Positions 11,173-23,100 of a stretch of 64,000 nucleotides of DNA are shown here, piece after piece. Location of the stretch: positions 31,721,989-31,785,988 of the forward strand of contig NC_081373.1 in NCBI RefSeq assembly GCF_030684315.1, in the 5' to 3' direction. This DNA is from Stegostoma tigrinum (taxonomy: Eukaryota). Under the pieces are notes generated by a model. It was given only the letters and a program-made list of their open reading frames with translations, was not told the origin of the DNA and made no database searches. The position numbers and the translations under genes are program-made. How positions within the stretch are numbered: the first letter of the stretch is position 1; each line of letters begins with the position of its first letter.

Positions 11173-14100
11173 CTGTAAAGACAATAAAACAAAAAGATGT
11201 AAAATTCTTCACTCGATTTAGTTACGAGGTGAGAAGAAAGCACCTGGAAAGGCACAGTTCAAATGCAGTGAAATAAACAGGGATAATTATAGAGAAATGT
11301 GAACAAACTGAACAGAGGCTTAGAACAAAGAAGAACAAAGAAACCTACAGCACAGGAACAGGCCCTTCAGCCCTCCAAGCCTGCGCCGATCAAGATGCTC
11401 TGTCTAACCTGTCATCTATTTTCTAACGGCCTCTGTCCATTTGCTCCCGACCCTTCCATGTGTCTGTCCAAACATATCTTAAAAGACGCTAACGTGTCTG
11501 CGTCTACCACCTCCGCTGGCAACGCGTTCCAGGCACCCACCACCCTCTGTGTAAAGAACTTTCCATGCATATCTCCCTTAAACTTTCCTCCTCTCACTTT
11601 GAACTCATGACCCCTAGTAATTGAGTCCCTCACTCTGGGAAAAAGCTTTTTGCTATCCACCCTGTCTATACCCCTCATGATTTTGCAGACCTCAATCAGG
11701 TCCCCCCCAGTCTCCGTTTTTCCAATGAAAATAATCCTAAACTACTCAACCTCTCTTCAAAGCTAGCACCCTCCATACCAGGCAACATCCTGGTGAACCT
11801 CCTTTGCACCCTCTCCAAAGCATCCACATCCTTTTGGTAATGTGGCGACCAGAACTGCACACAGTACTCCAAATGTGGCCGAACCAAAGTCCTATACAAC
11901 TGCAACATGACCTGCCAACGCTTGTACTCGATACCCCGCCCAATGAAGGAAAGCATGCCATAGCATGCAGATTATAATCTAATATGGTTTCTTATGGAAG
12001 TGAGTTAGTTGACAAATCACTTTAAGCAGTTCTTTGAAAATATTCCAAAATTCCTCCATAGCATGTCACAAGCTACGTTTAAATACTGGTCTGCCACCTG
12101 TTCATTGCTACAAATAAAGAGACAGGGAAACTTGCAGACCATAGAGCCATCGGCAACCTCAGCTGGTAGCTACATGGGTGGCACTGGGAGGAGGGAGTTA
12201 AGGCATCTTTGGACATGGTGTTAGATGAGCCAACATCTGAAATGCTGATTGCTGGGTTGAGTCCAAGTGGGTGTCAACACCAGAAGAGTAACTGCAACTG
12301 TCTTCATTATTTCAACACAAACTCTTTTTGCACAACTGCTATAGTCAAGCAAAACAGAATATTGCTCATTCATTAAACATGTGGTATTAGTCTCTGGTTG
12401 AAGCAATAGATAGAGTGGATAGCCAGAGACGTTTTCTCAGGGCGGAAATAACTTACAAGTTTTTAAAGTGATGGGAGGAAGGTATAGGGAGATGTCAGAG
12501 GTAAGCATATGGAATGTGCTGCCGGCAGTGGTAGTGGAGTCAGATACTTTAGAAACTTTTAAGCGACTCTTGGATAGGCACATGGAGGATAGTAAAATGT
12601 AGGGTATGCAGGGTAGTTTGATCTTAGTGGAATAATCGTTCGTCACAACTTTGTGGGCCAAAGAGCCCGTACTGTGCATTTCTGTTCTATGTTCTATGTG
12701 CTTAACAATGTTTAATAAAACAGAAAATAACTGGAAAATATTGAGCAGGTCTAGCAGCAGAGGGAAGCAGAATTAATGGTTTGAGTCCAAGGACTCTTCT
12801 TTGGAACTTTCGTAAAGAATATTTGGACTCAAAGCATTAACTCTATTTCTTTCTCCACAGATGCTGCCAAAATTACCGAGTTTCTCCAGTATTTTTTTTC
12901 TTTATTTCTAATTTCCAGTATCTGCAATATTTTACTTTTATTTGAATGTTTAGGAAAATCTGTCTATAAATAGTATTGCAATTGGAAATGCAACAATAAA
13001 TCGCAGCATTAAGTAGTTTAAAAACAGCTATATGAGAAGCACTAAGAAAAAAAGTGCAATTTCAGCTGTCAAACATATTGTTAAGAATGAACCTTGTAAA
13101 AGTCAGATCCAGAGATTACAGTAACAATGATTATAAATTAAAAACTCATACCAAAAGAGAGAATAGCTAAAGAGAATTGCTGATTTTTTTGTATGGGATC
13201 AATCTGACATATCTGACTAAAATTAAATGATCTTAAGGGTTCCATACCCCCTGTGCCAGTGACTCAAAAAGTTGAAAAATGCTGCCATCACTTAATTTAT
13301 CTATCACAAATGAGTAGCTTCAGCTTGCAACATGCTCCACAATGCAAGGAAACATCCCGTAAAAACACAACTGCTCAATTGGCCCCACGGTATCTCTTGT
13401 TGTAAAATCAGTCAAGTACAGGCCAGAAGATATTTCCAAGAAAAGTACCTTAATTGTGTCAATGAAGGCCCCTGCCAATTTTTTGATGGTGCTCAGACAA
13501 AATTTAACACCAGATGGACTGAAAAAGGTGATAATATCTGGGATTCCCTAGTGGGAGAAAGGAAAACAGATTAATTAATTTTTCTTACCAGTTCCAAACT
13601 GTGAAATTCCATGAGAAAATGTATCTCTTGGTAGAAAAACATGCCATACTGCTATCACACATCCTAATCAGATAATTAAAAAGTCTTTGTTTTCGCCATT
13701 GTAAATATATTAGAATGTACAAGTAACATGTACAAATTTATTATATGTTTGTATCGCATTCTGCTATTCACTAATTTAGTAGAGATGTTGTCCTACATGT
13801 CTGAAATGGCTTAACATTTCCCTTCAAACTGTGCGCACAGGAATGCCCTGTGAACATAACCAAATATTTCAATGTTGGTATTGTAAACATTTATTTCTTG
13901 AGGGTGAATTTTATTTGTGGCTCAATTGGCCCTACGGTATCTTCTGTTGTTGCTTATATTTTTGAGAATAAAATCAGTCAAGTACAGACCAAAAGATATT
14001 TCCTGTTAAAAATATTTTAATGCTGGTATTGTAAACATTTATTTCTTGAGGGTGAATTTTATTTGTGACTTGATATAAACATGTTTAAATATACATTAAT

Positions 14101-17100
14101 TTTATCTATTAATGCTGGATAGGGATTTTAAGCAGGAGTCCGAGTCTCGAGTTCAGAAGCATAAATTGATCCTTATTTGGAGTTCTTTTACCACGTGACG
14201 GAGGAGAGGTCAGTGATATTCTAATTTTCCCAATAAAGTACACGATATTTACACATTCCATGTTAAAATGCTTACATGCAACACTGACATCAGTGCTTGC
14301 CACAACTCCTGTGATACATGCATCCAATACTGTGAATACATGATCAATAATGAACAACTTCCTGGTCCACCTGAGGCCCTCCCATTACTTCGTGATGTTT
14401 GTCACACCATCTGTCACCTGCCCTTGGATTCCTACGATTATTGACCAAATTCCAGCACCGATTGTTACGTCCCTTCCTACTTGCTTATTACTAATGACTT
14501 TTCAAATTTGGTCATGTAATTCATATTCCTTGCTGAAATTTCTACCAATTGTCATAATATTTGTAATATCAGCTGTCATATAAAGTTATTTATAAAGTTA
14601 TACATAGTTGAACTTAATATTACGATTCTGTGACAAAGCTAACAATTTCAGGTGACCTACTCACTGCAGTATTCCTAGCCCCCAACCTGCTCTTGTAGCC
14701 ACTGTATTTATGTGGTGAGTCCAGATAAATGTCTGGTCAATGGAAAACCCTAAGATGTTCATAGTGGTGGATTCAGTGATGATAACTCAATTGAATGTCA
14801 AGGGGCAGCAGGTGAATTGACTCTTATTAGAATTTGTCATTGCTTCGCATTGTGTTACATGAATGTTACATTCTATTTGTCAGTCCAAACTGAGAAATTG
14901 TCCACATCTCGGATAATAAAATGTGAGGCTGGATGAACACAGCAGGCCAAGCAGCATCTCAGGAGCACAAAAGCTGACGTTTCGGGCCTAGACCCTTCAT
15001 CAGAGAGGGGGATGGGGAGAGGGTTCTGGAATAAATAGGGAGAGAGGGGGAGGCGGACCGAAGATGGAGGTAAAAGAAGATAGGTGGAGAGAGTATAGGT
15101 GGGGAGGTAGGGAGGGGATAGGTCAGTCCAGGGAAGACGGACAGGTCAAGGAGGTGGGATGAGGTTAGTAGGTAGATGGGGGTGCGGCTTGGGGTGGGAG
15201 GAAGGGATGGGTGAGAGGAAGAACAGGTTAGGGAGACAGAGACAGGTTGGACTGGTTTTGGGATGCAGTGGGTGGAGGGGAAGAGCTGGGCTGGTTGTGT
15301 GGTGCAGTGGGGGGAGGGGACGAACTGGGCTGGTTTAGGGATGCGGTGGGGGAAGGGGAGATTTTGAAACTGGTGAAGTCCACATTGATACCATTAGGCT
15401 GCAGGGTTCCCAGGCGGAATATGAGTTGCTGTTCCTGCAACCTTCGGGTGGCATCATTGTGGCACTGCAGGAGGCCCATGATGGGCATGTCATCTAAAGA
15501 ATGGGAGGGCAGAGTGGAAATGGTTTGCGACTGGGAGGTGCAGTTGTTTGTTGAGAACTGAGCGGAGGTGTTCTGCAAAGCAGTCCCCAAGCCTCCGCTT
15601 GGTTTCCCCAATGTAGAGGAAGCCACAACGGGTACAGTGGATGCAGTATACCACATTGGCAGATGTGCAGGTGAACCTCTGCTTAATGTGGAATGTCATC
15701 TTGGGGCCTGGGATAGGGGTGAGGGAGGAGGTGTGGGGGCAAGTGTAGCATTTCCTGCGGTTGCAGGGGAAGGTGCCGGGTGTGGTGGGGTTGGAAGGCA
15801 GTGTGGAGTGAACAAGGGAGTCACGGAGAGCGTGGTCTCTCTGGAAAGCAGACAGGGGTGGGGATGGAAAAATGTCTTGGGTGGTGGGGTCGGATTGTAG
15901 ATGGTGGAAGTGTCGGAGGATGATGCGTTGTATTTGGAGGTTGGTTGGGTGGTGTGTGAGAACGAGGGGGATCCTCTTAGGGTGGTTGTGGCGGGGGTGG
16001 GGTGTGAGGGATGTGTTGCGGGAAATACGGGAGACGCGGTCAAGAGCGTTCTCGATCACTGTGGGGGGAAAGTTGCGGTCCTTGAAGAACTTGGACATCT
16101 GGGATGTGCAGGAGTGGAATGTCTTATCGTGGGAGCAGATGCAGCGGAGGCGGAGGAATTGGGAATAGGGGATGGAATTTTTGCAGGAGGGTGGGTGGGA
16201 GGAGGTGTATTCTAGGTAGCTGTGGGAGTTGGTGGGCTTGAATTGGACATCAGTTACAAGCTGGTTGCCTGAGATGGAGACTGAGAGGTCCAGGAAGGTG
16301 AGGGATGTGCTGGAGATGGCCCAGGTGAACTGAAGATTGGGGTGGAAGGTGTTGGTGAAGTGGATGAACTGTTCGAGCTCCTCTGGGGAGCAAGAGGCGG
16401 CGCCGATACAGTCATCAATGTACCGGAGGAAGAGGTGGGGTTTGGGGCCTGTGTAGGTGCGGAAGAGGGAATGTTCTACGTAACCTACAAAGAGGCAGGC
16501 ATAGCTGGGGCCCATGCGGGTGCCCATGGCCACCCCCTTAGTCTGTAGGAAGTGGGAAGAGTCAAAAGAGAAGTTGTTGAGGGTGAGGACGAGTTCGGCT
16601 AGGCGGATGAGGGTGTCGGTGGAGGGGGACTGGTCGGGCCTGCGGGACAGGAAGAAGCGGAGGGCTTTGAGGCCATCTGCATGCGGAATGCAGGTGTATA
16701 GGGACTGGACGTCCCTGGTGAAGATGAGGTGTTGGGGGCCAGGGAATTGGAAGTCCTGGAGGAGGTGGAGGGCGTGGGTGGTGTCACGGACGTAGGTAGG
16801 GAGTTCCTGGACCAAAGGGGAGAAAATGGAGTCCAGATAGGTGGAGATGCGTTCGTTGGGGCAGGAGCAGGCTGAGACGATGGGTCGACCAGGGCAGGCA
16901 GGTTTGTGGATTTTGGGAAGGAGATAGAAACAGGCCGTGCGGGGTTGGGGAACAATGAGGTTGGGGGCTGTGGGTGGAAGGTCCCCTGAGGTGATGACCA
17001 CATCTCGTTGCATTTGAAATTGGACCATATCAGAATCTAAGCAGTTGTGAATGATACTGAAAATTGTGCAATCAGTGAACATCCCCACTTCTGACATTAT

Positions 17101-20100
17101 GATGGAGCTTGCTTGATGAAGCAGGTGAAGGTAGTTGAGCCTATGGCACTACTCCTCCACAGATATCCTGAGCTGAGTTGAGATGAGGAGCTAGGTTTGC
17201 CCCTGATTCCTACGGATTCCAAATTGTGCTCAGGCTTATGGATGCCACAATTGTTCGAATGCAGCCTTGATGTCGAGGGCTGACACTTGCACACCACCTC
17301 TGGAATTCAGCTCTATTGTCCATGTTTGAACAAAGGCTGTAATGAGGTTAGGACTCAAGTGGCTCTGGTGGAACCCAAACTGGGCATCACTGAGCAGGTT
17401 ATTGCAGAGCAGGTGCTGCTTCAGAGCACTGCTGACGACATCATCCATCATTTTCCTCATGATCGAGAGCAGACTGATGGAGCTAGAATTGGCCAGGTTG
17501 GATTTGTCCTGCTTTTTTATGTACAAGACATACCTGTGCACTTATCCACATTGTCAAGTTGATGCCTGAACTGTGCTGGCAGAACAGCTCGGTAGGGGAG
17601 CAGCAAATTCTAGAATACAAACCCTCAGTACCATTGCCAGAATGTTGTCAAAGCCCTTGCCTTCGCAGTATGTAAGGCCTCCAACCAAATCTTGATACCA
17701 GATGGAGTAAACAGAATTGGCATTTGCGAGTTAACATTTTTAATGGCCCACTGATGTATGATGCTCGTTTAAAGCATTTTCTGTCTGTTACATTCTTGCT
17801 GAACAATTATCAATAAGGAATGTTCAAATGTACACCTTATTTCCAAACATTTACTGGTACTATTTAATACTGGTAGGTACCATGGAAGGAACTAGAAAAG
17901 TGAGTTTTTATCACAAAGAATAAATCTATTTGTGAAGTCTCTGGAATTGATCTGTCAATGTTCAATACTTTGGTGAGGGCCACCAGCAATTTCAGGAAAC
18001 CCAAGGCTGATTTGAGGAGATGGATTTACAGGACACATCTCCGAACTATGTGCTACCTAGAAAGACCTCTTTGAGAAAGTGAGCAAGAGGGCTGCCTGTC
18101 CTAACAGGAAAGCGATTTTAAACACATTAGCTTCACAAATTTGTATTACATTTATGATAACAATTCATAATCTACATTTTCTGTGGAAGTAGAATGATTA
18201 TCATTTATTACAACTTGTGAAAAATGAGGTCCGAATTGTGAATGTCCAATTTAAAGGAATCACATGAGATTCCATGCTTTAAAACTTTTACTATAATAAA
18301 CTAAAATCAATATCAGCTAGGCACTACTCCAATAAAAGACTGACATTTTAACATACTCAAATTTCCATGTCACTTTTATATGATAGCACACTCTCTGCAG
18401 AATTGTGCAAACTTATATTTAGCTTCTTCAGGCATTTATCCTTGTTTCAGAGTCCTAACATCCAATGAAAGTCAAAGTCTTTCCCTTTAACCTTCAATAA
18501 ACCAGCCATCTGCAGCATGGTTCACTTTGGTGATGCCTTCCTGGAACCAACCTTCCAGTGTCCTTAAATTTCCATTTGTTCACGTCTTTGAACTGAGTAC
18601 ATCTTCCCACCTGCATGTTGTCTACAACAAATAGAGAAACAGTTTTTCTTCCTCTACTGGAATCACGTAAAACCCTGACCTGGTAAGTTCCCTGAAGGAC
18701 ATAAGTCAACCAGCTGTTTTTAACCCACATTTCATGGTAATTGTTCCCTCATGCAAAATGCCAATTGGTCCCCATTTCTAATGTTGGAAATTTTCTCCAA
18801 ACTGGACTTTTTGTGCAAACATCCAACTGTACTCAGTGAGTCCAAATGATTCTCTCCTATACTTGTTGGAATACATGTTATGTTTTTTCCAACCTGTTTA
18901 CATTCACTCATTCTATAATAATCAGCAATGCAGATCTTTTAAGTCAGAATATGCAACAGGTAGTTAACATGATACACTACCATTACTGAAACTGTCCCCT
19001 TCCACCTGTGCTCCAATCTATAGACTGCTCACAATTGCTCACCTTAATTCACCTGAGGTACAAAGTCGTTTTGAGTAAACTTATATATTTCTGGGGGGAA
19101 ATCGGGGAAAAAATTATGTTTGGAGCAATTAAAGCCTCCAAGGAAAGACATTTAATATAATTATAATACACAGGTACTTATTACACAATGGTGTCTGTCA
19201 GTGGATACTTTAGCTGATAACATTAACAGAACAATCCACATAACCAATATAATTCCATATACTTAAATAAACATGCGATGGAAAATAACCTGAATGACGT
19301 ACCTGTTCTGAAAAATAATTATCTAAAGCTTGCTGGAAGAAAGGATGCTGAGATGTTTTATAGACAGTTAAACATTCCAAAGGAACACCTGAAATCAGTG
19401 CAGACTTTTGTAAATATGAATTAAAAACATTATAACAGCTCTAATGAAGTCCACCTCCTATTTTTGTACACACTTTGCTGTAGAAGTAGAACAGATTTAA
19501 TTAATATTACCTCTTTCAATATTAATTGAGATCAATACGTCAGCAAGAATCGATTCTCAGCAAGTTTGCAAGACATACTTGTGTGCCATAGCAAAATTTT
19601 AGAGAAAAACACATTAAATTATTTGAAATATCTGGAAGAAGGGCGCTAGATAGAAAGTAGGCTGAACCCTAGATTTAAATACAGCCCTGATAGTTGGCAT
19701 TAGAATTTCCTAGGTTTACCTATTGTGAGGTTCCACCTTTGTGTAAATAAGTCGTAGATAAGAAAACAACAATCGCACAGGAGCGCAAATTACAATTACT
19801 GAAAGCAACATTATGCAAACCATAAATAAGATGTGTTGATCTTCTTGTATGAATTCTTAATAGGTGTTTTGAATGTGCAGTTTATTGTTTATCCCACAGA
19901 GTTATACAAAACTTGTAACAAACGCTGTTTTAAAGACAGTTTAGCAGATGTACCGTTGAACAGCTGGACTTGCGAAGAGACTATGTCTGGATCATACCAT
20001 AACTGACCAAAATATGGTTATTTAGGGAGGGTGTGAGATGGAAGAAAATACTACTTCTGCTCATTCTGTCTCTGAGACCTCACAATGTGATGATGCTTCA

Positions 20101-23100
20101 ATGTTATTACCATGGACATGACCCAGCAGAAAGCTCCCTCCTGACTTCACAGACAGGCACCATGAGATCTTGGTGGACAAGGAGGTAGAGAGGAGGACAC
20201 TACAGGAGGCTATGCCACCAGATCAAGACAACTTGGACACAAATTGAAGCTTGGGTCAGTGCTGTGTCCTAGATCAAGTAGGATACCAGCAGTACAGGAC
20301 GATGGTCAATGATCTTCTGCAGTTTGCAGGGATAAATGTCACAATCTTTTTTCTGCTACCTCATTCTCACAGAGCCACCACTTACTCCAACTCTGTCCGT
20401 ACACACACATCTCAAGGCTCAAGACTTCATCTCTCAAATGCACTCATCCTCCTCAAGTTCCCAAACTACTAAATCTTCCTGTCCTCTGCACCTCCTATTC
20501 ACTCTGCTTCACTAGGAATTGCTTTTGCGAATCACTTCCATCATACTCAATCATTCTTATTGTTTTTGAAGGAAAACTTGGTCCACGCTCTTGGACTGAT
20601 TACTGCACAGCATCTGATCAATTTACCTGTAATCATCAAACTTGTTGCACTTGACCTGCAGGATTGACTGGAATAGGATAAACCCTTTGACTCATTGTCG
20701 TAGTAAATCCTGACTGACTGTTGCTCGTTCATAGGGTCTGCTCCCCTTTGACTTTCACATATGGCTACTTCCTTGAAGCACAGAATGCATTTGCTGTGTA
20801 AACTGTTGGAACATACTGCAGGCATGATGTTACAAAAGGACATAAGGGCTAGGAACAGGAGTGTGCAATTCAGCCCTTTGAGCCTGATGGTGTAGCACAG
20901 TGCTATACCCACCGCCTTAACCGTTCAGTGCTCCTCACTGTGGCAAACTGCCTGTCTCTGTGCTAGAAGGCACAAATTAGAGAAGCTGAGAGCCTATAAC
21001 TGACTGCTAAAGACCTGCATGTTAATAAAACAATGTGACCAACACAGAGGCTAGCAACCCATAAGTCTGTGGTAAAAAAATCCATGACAGGGCACCGTAA
21101 GAGCAATCTAAAAGCAGATACATGAAATGTACGTCTGTCCCTGTGCACAAAGTAACCTGGCAGAAGCATGCAAACCATAGATGTCCCTGTGTTGAAGTGT
21201 GAAGGACTGAAGTGGTGTGAATGTTAGTCCAAGAGTAGGTTTGATGATGTGGTAACTTGCTGATGATAACATCTGTGGATGGTGGGTCAAGGTGGATAAT
21301 GGCCATAGAACAAGCATGTTTTCCAAAGAGTGGCAAAAGACAGATTGTCACTTTTTTTACATTAGCAAAAACCTCTGCTTCTGATTCTGATCACGGACTC
21401 TTCAAAAACATGCAGCATACCTTCAATTCAACAATGCCCTTGCAGTACAGGATAGTTGCGTGAAGACAAACCATGCTTGCTTTCTCGTGGCTGTAATTGC
21501 TGTATTCTGTAATTTAAGTGTCTAGCAGCATAAATAGTCACCAGGACAGGTACTATGAATGGGTAAGTATGTAAAGCATGTATGAGGCTGGGATACCAGA
21601 AAGGTGAGTGACAGGTAGGTAGAGTGCCAAAACACAAGTTGGGAAGCTTACTAGGTAAGTGATCGAGTGTTTAGGGCATGTCTGGGTGTGAAAAGGCATA
21701 TGGTCTGGCAGGACACGTGAAGCACTTGGGATGAATGACCTGCAGGTGGCCAAGGCTAGAAAGCTCAGAGTGGTAGCAAGGTGGAGAATTAAAACAGTGG
21801 ATGACTGGTAGCTCAAGTCACACTGGCGGACTGAAATAACGTGTTTCATAAAGTAGACACACGTTAGTCTCTGTAATATAGGGGAAGCTGCATCATGAGC
21901 AGTAGGCAATGGTCATAAGTATAAATTTATGTCATTAATTTCTTTCTTTATGCAATTCAAGTGAGAATAGACTTAAGAGATGCAGGTTCTATTGAAAAAA
22001 AACAGATGTGTAGAAGATTGATCTGCATCTAAAAAGGTAAATATCTCAACATTTCTTCATTAACACTGATGGATTTTGATGAAACATCACATCAAAAATA
22101 TTATTCTAAAAATGCTGACTGATGTGCAATATGATTCAAGCATTCGTTTTATTTTCATTACACATTTCCAGTATAAATAGTCTTCTTTGTACCTCAGAAA
22201 ATTAGCATATACCTTTTTCTCTTAGACATTCGGGAAGTACCTCTCTTTTTAGAGCACCACATGGAAACAGAAGAGGCAGGGAATTTGAAGATTCTTCTGC
22301 AGAAATGAGAACAAGATTTTTCTTTAGAAATAAAGCTCTAACACAATTTTAACCTGTGAATATAGAGATGCTGGTGATGGGGTGGACAAAGTCAGAAATC
22401 ACACAACACCACATTATAGTCCAACAGGTTTACTTAAAATCACAAGCTTTCGAAACACAGCTCCTTTGTTAGGTGAAGTGTGACTTCTGACAATTTTTAT
22501 CTGTACATGGTAATACAAAACACATTTATTACATCTATTACATTTAAGTTGTCATTGGACAAGCACATGGACGTACATGGAATAGTGTAGGTTAGATGGG
22601 CTCGAGATCGGTATGACAGGTCTGCACAACATCGAGGGCCGAAGGGCCTGTACTGTGCTGTAGTGTTCTATTACAATCAATATTGTACAATTTGTGAGTA
22701 TGCAATCAGGATGCCAACATGAATGGCCTGTTTCTGGGCTGAACATTCTACACAATAGACCATAAGTCACATAAAGTAACACTGCTGCATAATTGCCAGT
22801 TCAAATCTCAAGGTTTCATAAAATCATAGAATCCGAACAGTGTGGAAGCAGGTCATTCGGTCCAACAAGTCCACACAAGTTTCAGTTTGTGTCTTCCCAA
22901 AAACTTGTGTTATCCATCACGGAATACATATTTCATGAAGTCATCGTGTGTACATCACATATCTTGTCCAATTTCAACTGCTATTAACACTGGACAAGTC
23001 AGATCCCAAAGTGAAACCTGGCTTGATAAATCCCTGACTATGTTTTTTTGCAAAGCATGGAGGTCAATTCTGAATATATTCTCAAGAGTTTGCAAATGTA

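Larger units (their letters stand above)
14650..17720 (-). mobile_element. Decayed L2/CR1-clade LINE RT fragment, interrupted by the PLE
   Basis: [19 protein letters not shown] and EVGMFTD remnants on the right; the same family continues left of the PLE TSD. Confidence 0.7.

Noticed and set aside
15490-17097. 535-aa ORF as a domesticated host gene
   Set aside because: 5'-truncated PLE with TSD, chimeric start and a frameshifted C-terminus; multiple near-identical copies in the window
17680-17720. FTPSG-like peptide as UROS exon 9
   Set aside because: Part of the LINE remnant; the true exon 9 with correct splice sites and length is at 13449-13547
18440-18900. Possible Gypsy gag-protease remnant
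   Set aside because: Only vague similarity; no catalytic motif or LTR found
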